In this document: positions 21,247-31,672 of the stretch, piece after piece
How the letters are laid out: each line of letters opens with the position of its first letter
How positions within the stretch are numbered: position 1 is the first letter of the stretch
Origin: Frankiales bacterium
GTDB lineage: Bacteria; Actinomycetota; Actinomycetes; Mycobacteriales; Geodermatophilaceae
Length of the DNA: 64,000 nt
Reading direction: 5' to 3'
NCBI GenBank assembly: GCA_025465155.1
Contig: JAODNJ010000403.1
Span: 367-64,366, forward strand
Made by a program: the position numbers and the translations under genes
The notes under the pieces: generated by a model
Told to the model about the DNA's origin: nothing
The model's input: the letters and a program-made list of their open reading frames with translations, nothing else
Databases searched by the model: none

Positions 21247-22069
21247 GGCGGCTCACCTCCGCGCGCAACCGGTCCGTGATGGTGGCGGAGAGCCGCGCGA
21301 CGTCGGCGGAGTCGATCCGCCGGGGCCGCTCGAAGGTCACCGGGAACTCCTCGACCACCCTGCCGGGGCGGCTCGACAGGAGCACGACCCGGTCGCCGAG
21401 GCGCACGGCCTCGCGGACGTTGTGCGTGACGAACAGCACCGTGAGGTTGCGTTGGCGCCAGATGCGCTCGATCTCGTCGTGCAGCAGGTCACGGGTCATC
21501 GCGTCGAGGGCGCCGAAGGGCTCGTCCATGAGGAGCACGGTGCCGCTCGCAGGGTCCGCGTCGTCGACGGTGAGGGCGAGCGCACGAGCCAGCGCCACGC
21601 GCTGGCGCATCCCGCCCGAAAGCTGGTGCGGGCGCCTCTTGCCGAAGCCGCTCAGGTGAACGGACGCGAGCAGCTCGGCGGCCCGCTCCCGGCGCTCCTG
21701 CCGGGTAAGGCCGCGCATCCGCAGCGCGAGCTCGATGTTCCCGGCGACCGTCAGCCACGGGAAGAGGGCCGGCTCCTGGAACATCAGTGCCACCCGGGCG
21801 CCGCCGACGTCGATGGTCCCGGCGCTGGGCCGGTCGAGGTCGGCCACGAGGTTGAGCAGGGTGCTCTTGCCGCAGCCGGACGCGCCGAGCAGGCAGACGA
21901 ACTCACCCGGCGCCACGTCGAGGGACACGTTGTCGAGCGCGAGCAGAGCAGCGGATCCCGAGCCGAACGCCTTGGACACGCCGTCCAGCCGGACCGGGTG
22001 CCCGGTCCGGTGGTGGTGATCCTGTGTGAGAGATCCTGTGGCCGCTCTCGCAGCGGAGGTCTGGGTCAT
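21236..22069 (-). CDS. NitT/TauT/SsuB-type ABC ATP-binding protein
   Basis: GASGCGKST, LSGGMRQR, LLMDEPFGALD, VTHN. Confidence 0.95.
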   Translation of the reverse strand: MTQTSAARAATGSLTQDHHHRTGHPVRLDGVSKAFGSGSAALLALDNVSLDVAPGEFVCLLGASGCGKSTLLNLVADLDRPSAGTIDVGGARVALMFQEPALFPWLTVAGNIELALRMRGLTRQERRERAAELLASVHLSGFGKRRPHQLSGGMRQRVALARALALTVDDADPASGTVLLMDEPFGALDAMTRDLLHDEIERIWRQRNLTVLFVTHNVREAVRLGDRVVLLSSRPGRVVEEFPVTFERPRRIDSADVARLSATITDRLRAEVSRHGH

Positions 22070-23112
22070 GAGTCGCTCACCGGGCTCTTTCCCCCTGCCT
22101 TGAGGACCTCGTTCAGGGGCCCGAGGTCATAGATGCCGTTGAGGTCGACCGGGGCGAGTAGCCCGATCTCCTGCGCGTGTTCGGCGCCGCCCCGAAGCGA
22201 GGAGGCGATCGGGTCGTTGGTGAACGTCAGCTCCTTGAAGGCCGACTGCAGGACGTTGTCCGCCAGCGGCTTGCCGGTCAACGCGGCCAGCTGGGCGTTC
22301 GCCGACTTCTGGGCGTCCGCGGGGTCGTGGCCGATGTAGTCGTTGGCCTCTACAGAGCCGGCGAGGAGCTTCTTCACCAGATCGGGGTGGGCCTTGAGGA
22401 ACTCGGTCCGCACGAGGAGGTTGGTGACCACGAACTTGTGGCCGGGCCACAGGTCGTTCTCGTTGATGAGCCGCTTGCCCTTGTTCTCCAGGACCAGCCG
22501 GGAGGCGTGCGGCTCCGGCACCCAGGCGCCGTCGACGGCACCCTGGGCGAAGGACTGGAGTGTCACCGAGTTGTCCTGCGGCCGGACCTTGACGTCGCCA
22601 CCACCGTTCTTGTCGGTCTTGAGGCCCTTCTGCCGCAGGTAATAGCGCAGCGCCACATCCTGGGTGTTACCGAGCTGAGGGGTGGCGATGGTCTTGCCCC
22701 TGAGCTGCTCCACGCTGGTGATGGAGGGCTTCACGACCAGTGACGCCCCACCTGCGGCGGCTCCCGAGATCACCTTCACGGCCTGGCCGTGTGACTTCGC
22801 CCAGGCATTGATGGACGGGCTGGGACCGACGTAGGTCGCGTCGATCGCGCCCGAGAACAGCGCCTCGATGGCCGCGGGGCCCGCGTTGAAGGTGGCCGTC
22901 CTGAGCTTCACCGCGCCGAGGTGCTTGGCGAAGAAACCCTTCTGGACACCCACCAGTGCGGTCGCGTGCGTGATGTTGGGGAAGTAGCCGAGCCTGACCT
23001 CGGTGCTGCTGCCGGAGGCGCCCGAGCCGCTGCCACACGCGCTCAGAGTCCCCACGCCGGCGAGCAGGGCCAGAGCTGCGGCGGCCGGCCGCAATCTCCT
23101 TCTGCGCTTCAT
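22066..23112 (-). CDS. SsuA/TauA-type ABC substrate-binding lipoprotein (sulfonate/sulfate-like ligand)
   Basis: Lipobox LSAC, RLGYFPNITHA, FNAGP, ATPQLGNTQDVALR. Confidence 0.9.
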   Translation of the reverse strand: MKRRRRLRPAAAALALLAGVGTLSACGSGSGASGSSTEVRLGYFPNITHATALVGVQKGFFAKHLGAVKLRTATFNAGPAAIEALFSGAIDATYVGPSPSINAWAKSHGQAVKVISGAAAGGASLVVKPSITSVEQLRGKTIATPQLGNTQDVALRYYLRQKGLKTDKNGGGDVKVRPQDNSVTLQSFAQGAVDGAWVPEPHASRLVLENKGKRLINENDLWPGHKFVVTNLLVRTEFLKAHPDLVKKLLAGSVEANDYIGHDPADAQKSANAQLAALTGKPLADNVLQSAFKELTFTNDPIASSLRGGAEHAQEIGLLAPVDLNGIYDLGPLNEVLKAGGKSPVSDS

Positions 23113-23148
23113 TGCGTGTCTTCCCCACTAATCAAGTCGATTTGGCCA

Positions 23149-23165
23149 CCTTAGTTCACTATAGG
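23149..23165. promoter_or_regulatory. Possible operator upstream of the ABC operon
   Basis: Imperfect palindrome CCTTAGTtcACTATAGG about 40 nt upstream of the substrate-binding gene, in the intergenic region shared with eno. Confidence 0.3.
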
Positions 23166-23269
23166 ACGCGGACCCAGGTCAAGCCGAGGCTCTCCACCGG
23201 TCGGGAATACACACCGACGGCCGTTCGGCGCGCCAGTTGGGCGGCCGTGGGGGCACCCGACTACCCTGA

Positions 23270-24595
<1,326 letters not shown>

Positions 24596-24603
24596 CCCGG
24601 CCG

Positions 24604-25041
24604 ATGGCGGACAGCGCGGACGGAAAGGCCCCCCGATCGGCCGGCACCCGGCCGTCCGGGGGTGCCTCGGCGCGCGGCCACCTCACCAGCCGTGCGGCCA
24701 TCCTGGCGATCGTCATGTGCGCGATAGCGCTCAGCCTGGCCTATCCGGTCAGGGAGTACATCGCGCAGCGGCGCGAGATCGCCGCGCTTCGGCATCAGGA
24801 GCGGGTGGCCGAACAGCAGGTGGAACAACTCGCTCTGCGTAAACAGCGGCTCGGCGACGAGTCCTACATTAAACGTGAGGCACGTCGCCGTCTGCACTAC
24901 TGCATGCCGGACGAGAAGTGCTATGTCGTCCTCGACGGCAGCGTGGTGCCGGGCCGGCCGGGCGGCCAGGCCGCGTCCTCGCGGACGCCGCCGTGGTACG
25001 AGACCTTGTGGCGGTCGGTGCAGGCCGCGGATCGCCACTAG
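24604..25041 (+). CDS. divIC: Septum formation initiator (FtsB/DivIC)
   Basis: TM followed by coiled coil, YIKREARRRLHY, PWYETLW; canonical position after eno. Confidence 0.88.
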   Translation: MADSADGKAPRSAGTRPSGGASARGHLTSRAAILAIVMCAIALSLAYPVREYIAQRREIAALRHQERVAEQQVEQLALRKQRLGDESYIKREARRRLHYCMPDEKCYVVLDGSVVPGRPGGQAASSRTPPWYETLWRSVQAADRH

Positions 25042-25093
25042 GGCGCGGACGGGGCCGGATGCGCTCAGCCGGCGGGTGGAGAGGAAACCGGGC

Positions 25094-25669
25094 TTGATCG
25101 AGCAAGACGACGTGACCGCGGTGGCCGCCCAGCTGGGCCGCGCGCCCCGCGGCGTGCGCGCCGTGGCGCACAGGTGCGCCTGCGGGCTGCCCGACGTGAT
25201 CGAGAGTTCACCGCGGCTGCCGGACGGCACGCCCTTCCCCACGCTCTACTACCTGACCTGCCCGAAGGCGGCCTCGGCCATCGGCACCCTCGAGGCCAGT
25301 GGCCTGATGCGAGAGATGACCGAGCGCCTCGCCGCGGACCCGTCGCTGGCCGAGAAGTACGCCATGGCCCACGAGGATTATCTGGAGCGCAGACAGTCGG
25401 CGGCCGGGGATGAGGGACTCGAGCCACTCCCCGAGGGCACGCAGAGCGCCGGCGGGATGCCGGCGCGGGTGAAGTGCCTGCACGCGCTCGTCGCCCATGA
25501 GCTCGCCGTGCCGGGATCCAACCCGTTCGGCCGGGAGGCCCTGGACGCCCTGCCCGAATGGTGGCGGGGCCGCCCATGTGTCGAGCCCTGCGCAGACCAG
25601 GCCGGCACATACCAGGCCGGTACAGACCAGGCCGGTACCGATGTTCTTCCGTCCGAGGAGGCCCAGTGA
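25094..25669 (+). CDS. DUF501 family protein
   Basis: QLGRAPRG, CACGLP, PRLPDGTPFPTLYYLTCP, GGMPARVKCLH; position between divIC and ppx. TTG start inferred from the RBS. Confidence 0.9.
   Translation: MIEQDDVTAVAAQLGRAPRGVRAVAHRCACGLPDVIESSPRLPDGTPFPTLYYLTCPKAASAIGTLEASGLMREMTERLAADPSLAEKYAMAHEDYLERRQSAAGDEGLEPLPEGTQSAGGMPARVKCLHALVAHELAVPGSNPFGREALDALPEWWRGRPCVEPCADQAGTYQAGTDQAGTDVLPSEEAQ
25595..25639 (+). repeat. 3 x 15-bp in-frame tandem repeat (DQAGT/YQAGT/DQAGT)
   Basis: gaccaggccggcaca taccaggccggtaca gaccaggccggtacc. Confidence 0.9.
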
Positions 25670-26664
25670 TCGAACCGGAGGCACGCCCTGCCGCGGAGCA
25701 GGCGGCGGACGTGACAAGGGTGGCCGCGATCGACTGCGGAACCAACTCGGTCCGCCTGCTGCTGGCCGACGTCGGCGGCGGCCGGTTGACCGACGTCGAG
25801 CGGCGGATGCAGATCGTACGGCTCGGCCAGGGCGTGGACCAGACCGGGATGCTCGCGCCGGAGGCGCTGGAGCGGACCTTCACCGCCATGCGGGGCTACG
25901 CCGGGCTCATCGAGGCCCACGGTGCCGAGAAGGTCCGGGTGGTCGCGACGAGCGCGACCCGCGACGCCGCCAACCGTGCCGACTTCGTGAGCGGGGTCGT
26001 GGACATCTTCGGCGTGGTCCCCGAGGTCATCAGCGGTGACGAGGAGGCGCGGCTTTCGTTCATGGGGGCGACCCGTGACCTCGTGGAGCTGCGCCCGACC
26101 CGTCCCTACCTGGTCGTAGACATCGGGGGCGGGTCGACCGAGTTCGTCCTCGGCACCTCGACCGTGGACGCCGCGCGGTCGGTCGACATCGGCTGCGTCC
26201 GCATGACCGAGCGGCACCTGTGCGCTGCCGACCCGCAGGACGGGACGGCCGCCACGGCGCAGGATCCGCCGACCCCCGAGCAGATCGCCGCGGCGGTGGC
26301 CGACATCGACGCCCAGCTCGCGGCCGTACGCGAGGTCGTCCCGGTCGACCAGGCCCGCACGCTGGTCGCGCTCGCCGGATCGGCCACCACCGTCGCCGGG
26401 ATCGCGCTGGACCTGCCCGAGTACGACCCGGAGCGCATCCACCTGTCCCGGATCACCGCCGCACAGGTGCACGAGGTCACCCGCAGGCTGCTGCATTCCA
26501 CCCACGAGGAGCGCGCCGCCATCGGCGTCATGCACCCGGGCCGGGTCGACGTCATCGGCGCCGGTGCCCTGATCCTGGACCGGATCATGCGCGAGTACGG
26601 GTTCGGCGGCGTCGTCGTCAGCGAACACGACATCCTGGACGGCATCGCCTGGTCCCTGGCATAA
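25666..26664 (+). CDS. ppx: Ppx/GppA-family exopolyphosphatase (Ppx2-type)
   Basis: AAIDCGTNSVRLL, ATSATRDAAN, DEEARLSF, DIGGGSTE, SEHDILDG; GTGA overlap with DUF501. Confidence 0.95.
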   Translation: MIEPEARPAAEQAADVTRVAAIDCGTNSVRLLLADVGGGRLTDVERRMQIVRLGQGVDQTGMLAPEALERTFTAMRGYAGLIEAHGAEKVRVVATSATRDAANRADFVSGVVDIFGVVPEVISGDEEARLSFMGATRDLVELRPTRPYLVVDIGGGSTEFVLGTSTVDAARSVDIGCVRMTERHLCAADPQDGTAATAQDPPTPEQIAAAVADIDAQLAAVREVVPVDQARTLVALAGSATTVAGIALDLPEYDPERIHLSRITAAQVHEVTRRLLHSTHEERAAIGVMHPGRVDVIGAGALILDRIMREYGFGGVVVSEHDILDGIAWSLA

Positions 26665-26759
26665 AGCTCGGGCCGCCTGTTTGCGCGCATCGGGGCTCTC
26701 CCCGGCTCGCCGGTCGATAGGCTCCCTCAGCCACAGGCATTCGCAGCGCGAGGGGTCTC

Positions 26760-27545
26760 ATGGAGATGAGCTGGCCGCACGACAGCGTGGACGTGCTCGG
26801 GGTCCAGGTCAGCAAGGCCGATGTGCCGCTGCTGCGGCGGTTCATGACCGAGGCGGTCCGGACGCGCCGGCAGCTCGCGGTCACCTTCGCCAACCCCAAC
26901 TACGTCATGGCGGCGCAGCAGGACGCGGGGCTGCGGGACCTGATGAACGGGTTCGACCTGAACCTGGCCGATGGCTGGGGCGTCGTCCTCGCCGCCAGGG
27001 TCTTCGGCCGGCCGCTACCGGCCCGGATGGCCAACGATGACCTCACCGACCACTTCTTCGGGCTCCCGGCCGAGGAAGGGTGGCGGGTCTTCCTGTTCGG
27101 CAACGCCCCGGGGACCGCGGACGCGGCCGCGGACAACCTGCGTCAGTGGTATCCCGGCCTCGAGATCGTCGGCACTCAGCACGGGCACTGGTCGGACGAC
27201 GCCGGGCGTATCCCCGACGCCGACGTCGACCGGCTGGTGGGCGAGATCAACGAGGCCAAGCCGGACATCCTGCACGTCGGGCTGGGCACGCCGCTGCAAC
27301 AGATCTTCGTCACCGCGAACCGTGCGCGACTGGACGTACCGGTGATCATCACGTGCGGGGCCTACTTCGAGCATCTCGCCGAGCGCCGGGAGTGGTACCC
27401 AGGGTGGGTCCTGAAGCTGCGCGCCGGCTGGCTCTACCGGCTCTACCGCGACCCCCGGCGGCTGTGGCGGCGCTACACGATCGAGCTGGGGTCATACCTC
27501 TCACTGGTCCTGCGGCACCGCATCCGGCACGGCAGGCAGCCCTAG
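26760..27545 (+). CDS. WecB/TagA/CpsF-family glycosyltransferase
   Basis: TFANP, LADGWGV, VFLFG, VGTQHG, DILHVGLGTPLQ, CGAYF, WLYRL..DPRRLWRRY. Confidence 0.9.
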   Translation: MEMSWPHDSVDVLGVQVSKADVPLLRRFMTEAVRTRRQLAVTFANPNYVMAAQQDAGLRDLMNGFDLNLADGWGVVLAARVFGRPLPARMANDDLTDHFFGLPAEEGWRVFLFGNAPGTADAAADNLRQWYPGLEIVGTQHGHWSDDAGRIPDADVDRLVGEINEAKPDILHVGLGTPLQQIFVTANRARLDVPVIITCGAYFEHLAERREWYPGWVLKLRAGWLYRLYRDPRRLWRRYTIELGSYLSLVLRHRIRHGRQP

Positions 27546-27678
27546 CGGCGAGCCACGTCCGTACGGAGCTCGGCGGGCCCGACCGTATCTTTGAGGTACG
27601 GCGTGTCCCTTGCCATTCGCCCTCGCCGCGCCCGGGGGACGCCTCGCTCAGGGACCAGGAATGTGAGGATCACCGTTC

Positions 27679-28506
27679 GTGACCGACGCCGAGCCAGCGA
27701 ACCCGCCGTACGTCCCGCCAGGGACGGGATGGCCGCACGACCCGGCGGCACCGGACACTCCCGTGGCGCACGGCCCGGAGGACGTACGGTCGCTGGCGGC
27801 ACAGGCCCCGACGCTGCCCGAGCTGATGGCCCGCCAGTCGGTGTGCCGGGCCTGTCCCCGCCTTGTGGAGTGGCGCGAGAAGATCGCCGTCCAGCGCCGG
27901 CGGGCCTTCGCGAAGGAGACCTACTGGGGCCGCCCGATCGCGGGCTGGGGGGATGAGGAGCCGCGCGTCCTGATCGTGGGCCTGGCGCCCGCGGCACACG
28001 GCGGCAACCGCACCGGCCGGATCTTCACCGGCGACAGGTCGGGAGACTGGCTGTTCGCGTCTCTGTACCGGGTCGGCCTCGCGGCCAGTCCCACCAGTGT
28101 CACGGCAGCGGACGACCAGCGGCTCCTGCGGACCCGCATGCTGGCCACGGTCCGCTGCGCCCCGCCGGACAACAAGCCGACGCCGGCCGAGCGCGACTGC
28201 TGTTCCCCATGGCTGGTGCGCGAGGTGACCGAGACGGCCGAGAGCGTACGGGCGATCGTCGTCCTCGGCGGCTATGCCTGGCAGGCGGTCTGGCCGGCGC
28301 TCAGGGAGGCGGGCTATGACCTGCCGCGCCCTCGGCCCGCCTTCGGCCACGGCGTCGAAGCCGAACTACCACGCGGCGGGCGGAGTGGCGCGCTGCTGCT
28401 CGGCTGCTATCACCCCAGCCAGCAGAACACCTTCACCGGCCGGGTCACCGAGGACATGCTCGACGACGTCTTCATCCGTGCCCGTGACCGGGCCCTGCCC
28501 AGCTGA
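27679..28506 (+). CDS. udgB: Family-5 uracil-DNA glycosylase (Fe-S)
   Basis: [44 protein letters not shown]. Confidence 0.92.
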   Translation: MTDAEPANPPYVPPGTGWPHDPAAPDTPVAHGPEDVRSLAAQAPTLPELMARQSVCRACPRLVEWREKIAVQRRRAFAKETYWGRPIAGWGDEEPRVLIVGLAPAAHGGNRTGRIFTGDRSGDWLFASLYRVGLAASPTSVTAADDQRLLRTRMLATVRCAPPDNKPTPAERDCCSPWLVREVTETAESVRAIVVLGGYAWQAVWPALREAGYDLPRPRPAFGHGVEAELPRGGRSGALLLGCYHPSQQNTFTGRVTEDMLDDVFIRARDRALPS

Positions 28507-28766
28507 GTGCCCGGTCACGGAGCAGGGCCGGCCAAGCGGTCTGACCGCTTGGCGCCCCCGTCTGACCCTGCCCCGCCCCTCCCCGCCCCGGCATGGAGCG
28601 GGATCTTCCGGGCTGCACGCTGAAGGGCCTGTTCTCCGGCTCTCCAGCGCTTCGCACATCTGCTCTGACGCACGTCCACGCCATCCGGTTCGGGGCTGAT
28701 AGCCCGATTTTCGGCGGATCCGACACCCGGGGTTGCCAGGCCCAAGACCCGGGTACCGGCCGGGAC

Positions 28767-30107
28767 ATGTCCCCACAGACGACGCACATACTGGTTGTCG
28801 GCGCCGGCACCGTCGGGATGCCGCTCGTCCGGAGGCTGCAGCGAAGGCTCCGACGTGAGCTGAAGCGCGGCGACGTGGAGATCACGGTGGTCGACCCCCA
28901 GTCCTACATGACCTACCAGCCGTTCCTGCCCGAGGCGGCGGCCGGCAACCTGGAGCCCCGGCACGTCGTCACCCCGCTGCGGCCGGTGCTCGACCGGGCC
29001 AGGATCCTCAACGGCAGGGTCGTCAAAGTGGATCACGCCGCGCGGCGCGCGACCGTCCGGGTCGCCGGCGCCGAGCCGCGCGAGGAGGGCGACCGGGACA
29101 TCTCCTATGACGTGCTGGTGCTGGCGGCCGGCTCGATCTCGAGCACGCTCCCGATCCCGGGGCTGGCGGAGAACGGGATCGGCTTCAAGACCATCGGGGA
29201 GGCCATCTACCTGCGCAACCACGTGCTCGGGCAGCTCGACATCGCCGACTCCACCGATGATGAGGAGTCCCGCCGGCGCGCACTGACCTTCGTCTTCGTG
29301 GGCGGTGGCTTCGCGGGCGTGGAGGCACTGGCCGAGCTCGAGGACATGGCGCATGACGCCTGCCGCTACTACCCGCGTATCGACCCCGGTGACATGCGGT
29401 GGGTCCTCGTCGAGGCGACCGGACGCATCCTGCCCGAGGTCGGTGAGGACATGGGCAGGTGGACCGTCGAGGCCCTGCGCAAGAGAGGCATCGAGGTCCG
29501 GCTCGAGACGAAGCTGAAGTCGGCCGAGAACTGTCACATCGTCCTGAGCTCGGGTGATGGCTTCGATGCCGGCACGCTCGTATGGACGGCCGGCGTCAAG
29601 CCGCACCCGGTGGTCCGCAGCACCGACCTGCCCCTGGACGAGAAGGGCCGGGTCAAGGCGACCGCGGAGCTGACTGTGGAGGGGACGCAGCGGGCCTTCA
29701 CCGCCGGGGACAACGCCGCTGTGCCCGACCTCACCAATCCCGGCTCCTACTGCGCCCCGAACGCCCAGCACGCCGTCCGGCAGGCCACGCGCCTGGCCGA
29801 CAACATCGTGGCCGAACTGCGTGGCAAGCCGCTCCGGCCGTACAGGCACGCCTACGTGGGGTCGGTCGCGAGCCTGGGCCTGCACAGGGGTGTGGCGCAG
29901 ATCTACGGTGTCAAACTGCGGGGTGTGCCGGCCTGGCTTGTGCACCGTACCTACCATCTTTCCCGGATGCCTACGCTCAACCGAAAAGTACGCGTGCTCG
30001 CCGACTGGACGCTCGCGCTGTTCTTCCGCCGGGAGATCGTCTCGCTGGGCGAGCTGCAGCGGCCGCGTGAGGAGTTCGATCTGGCGGTGGGCCGGCGTCC
30101 GGACTAG
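28767..30107 (+). CDS. NAD(P)/FAD-dependent oxidoreductase, type II NADH dehydrogenase-like
   Basis: VVGAGTVG, YQPFLPE, YDVLVLAAGS, FVGGGFAGVE, WTAG, AGD, PNAQHA.RQ, HRTYHL; syntenic with the Streptomyces gene between ppx and bldA. Confidence 0.9.
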   Translation: MSPQTTHILVVGAGTVGMPLVRRLQRRLRRELKRGDVEITVVDPQSYMTYQPFLPEAAAGNLEPRHVVTPLRPVLDRARILNGRVVKVDHAARRATVRVAGAEPREEGDRDISYDVLVLAAGSISSTLPIPGLAENGIGFKTIGEAIYLRNHVLGQLDIADSTDDEESRRRALTFVFVGGGFAGVEALAELEDMAHDACRYYPRIDPGDMRWVLVEATGRILPEVGEDMGRWTVEALRKRGIEVRLETKLKSAENCHIVLSSGDGFDAGTLVWTAGVKPHPVVRSTDLPLDEKGRVKATAELTVEGTQRAFTAGDNAAVPDLTNPGSYCAPNAQHAVRQATRLADNIVAELRGKPLRPYRHAYVGSVASLGLHRGVAQIYGVKLRGVPAWLVHRTYHLSRMPTLNRKVRVLADWTLALFFRREIVSLGELQRPREEFDLAVGRRPD

Positions 30108-30594
30108 CCGGGCCCGCCGGAAGGAAGGCATAGCCCTATGCAGGATGTGCGGCCTCTCGGCTCGCCCCGCTGCTGACCCGGAGCGGACGCGCTCGGCCTG
30201 GCCCCATATGGCTGCTTTACCTGGCGGCTTCCGCGCTGGCATGCGAGAGCGGACGCATGGGTGTTCACGACGTGCGCGCCATCCGTCGTGATCGCGAAGG
30301 CGGCGCGGGTGAAACCTTGGTCGAGGACAGGGCTGCCCGCGGTCAGCGAGTCGGCGCTTTCGTCACGCGGGTTTCGGGCATTGGTCAACAAACGCTTACC
30401 CTGCGCGGTGGCGGTAGGGTAGGGAGACCCAGTCAGCCTGCTGACCTGCGTGTTCGTCCGTCCGGCCAGCGCGGTTTTGACAGTTTTCGGGGGAATAACG
30501 GTCGGGCTCCGCTGACGTTTTTCTTCCCGGCTTGGTCAATAGTGAATGGAATCCGATTCGATTTCCATAGGGCATGCTATTCGTGTGCCGACGG

Positions 30595-30600
30595 TATGAT
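30595..30600 (+). promoter_or_regulatory. Candidate -10 element for the tRNA
   Basis: TATGAT ends 6 nt before the tRNA 5' end; no clear -35. Confidence 0.45.
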
Positions 30601-30606
30601 TGCGGC

Positions 30607-30680
30607 GCCCCCGTAGCCCAACGGCAGAGGCAGGCCCCCTCAAAGGGCCAAAGGTGTCGGTTCGAGTCCGACCGGGGGCA
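30607..30680 (+). tRNA. 74-nt tRNA on the short-arm tRNA-Leu(UAA) scaffold but with anticodon TCA (UCA, opal-reading) and C33
   Basis: Acceptor GCCCCCG/CGGGGGC with A73. D-arm GCC..GGC with GG. Anticodon stem GGCCC/GGGCC closes the loop CCTCAAA (30638-30644). 6-nt variable region AAAGGT; T-arm GTCGG-TTCGAGT-CCGAC; CCA not encoded. Confidence 0.9.
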
Positions 30681-30711
30681 CGCCAATTGCCGCGAAGCCG
30701 TCACACTCAAG

Positions 30712-30739
30712 GGAACGATAGGGCCTGCTCGCACGTCTA
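30712..30739 (+). promoter_or_regulatory. Candidate ECF-sigma promoter for the BI-1/YccA gene
   Basis: GGAAC-N17-CGTCTA, about 35 nt upstream of the start. Confidence 0.35.
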
Positions 30740-30775
30740 CACTGGTCACAGAGCCATGACCCGTGGAGGCAAGTG

Positions 30776-31567
30776 ATGGAGAGCAGGAACCCCGCGTTCT
30801 CCCGGCGTGGTGCCTTCGGGCAGCAGCAGGCGCCGGGGCACGTCCCGACCCCACAGCAGTTGCAGGGCATGTACGACGCGCCCTCCTACGCCCCGCCGGC
30901 GACCCGCCGGATGACCGTGGACGACGTGGTCGTCCGCGGGTTCCTGATGCTGGGCACGCTGGTCGCGACCGGAGCCGTCGCCTGGGTGCTGAACCCCCCG
31001 CCCATCGTCGCGATCGTCTCCCTGATCGTCGGCCTGGTGTGCTGGGCGATCATGACCTTCGGCCACCGGGTCAACGCGCCGCTGGCCCTGGGCTTCGCGG
31101 CCGCCTACGGCGTGTCGGTCGGCATCGTCAGCCATGCCTACAACCAGTTCTACAACGGCGTGGTCCTCCAGGCCGTGGTGGGCACCGCGCTCGCCTTCGC
31201 CGCGATGCTTGCGGTGCACGCCCTGAAAATCATCCGGGTCACCCCGAAGCTCGTGCGCTATGTCGTTGCGGCCGGTTTCGCGCTGCTCGGGCTGATGCTG
31301 GTCAATGTGCTGTTCCAGGTGTTCGGTGTCGCCGGTGGCATCGGGATCCGTGACCCCGGCAGCCCCATCGCCTATGTCTTCAGCGTCGTCGCGATCCTGG
31401 TCGGCTGTTTCTTCCTGCTGCTCGACTTCGCCGCGGTGGAGGAGGGCGTGGCCGCGGGCGCGCCGGAGAAATTCGCTTGGTACTGCGCGTTCGGCCTGAC
31501 CCTGAGCCTGGTGTGGATCTATCTTGAAATGCTGCGCTTCCTGTCGTACTTCTCCGGCAGGGACTGA
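30776..31567 (+). CDS. Bax inhibitor-1/YccA-family membrane protein
   Basis: MESRNPAFSR, MTVDDVV, about 7 TMs, LLLDF, LSLVWIYLEMLRFL; GGAGG RBS. Confidence 0.9.
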   Translation: MESRNPAFSRRGAFGQQQAPGHVPTPQQLQGMYDAPSYAPPATRRMTVDDVVVRGFLMLGTLVATGAVAWVLNPPPIVAIVSLIVGLVCWAIMTFGHRVNAPLALGFAAAYGVSVGIVSHAYNQFYNGVVLQAVVGTALAFAAMLAVHALKIIRVTPKLVRYVVAAGFALLGLMLVNVLFQVFGVAGGIGIRDPGSPIAYVFSVVAILVGCFFLLLDFAAVEEGVAAGAPEKFAWYCAFGLTLSLVWIYLEMLRFLSYFSGRD

Positions 31568-31608
31568 GTCGGGCAGGCGACCGGAGCCCGTAGCGACGCT
31601 CCGTGGTC

Positions 31609-31648
31609 AAGGCCCCCTCTGCTCGCTCCGGCGAGTACAGGGGGCCTT
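31609..31648. terminator. Likely bidirectional terminator between convergent genes
   Basis: AAGGCCCCCT...AGGGGGCCTT long hairpin. Confidence 0.75.
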
Positions 31649-31672
31649 GCCGTTGCGAAGCGAGCTCATGAC

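Noticed and set aside
30607-30680. tRNA-Sec (selC), because the anticodon is UCA
   Set aside because: Only 74 nt, with a 6-nt variable region, a 7/5 acceptor/T stem and A73. It lacks the long extra arm and extended acceptor-T helix of tRNA-Sec, and no selA/selB/selD is in the window.
30681-30775. Integrative element at the tRNA 3' end
   Set aside because: No integrase, and no duplicated tRNA 3' end seen; the downstream gene is the expected syntenic BI-1 gene.
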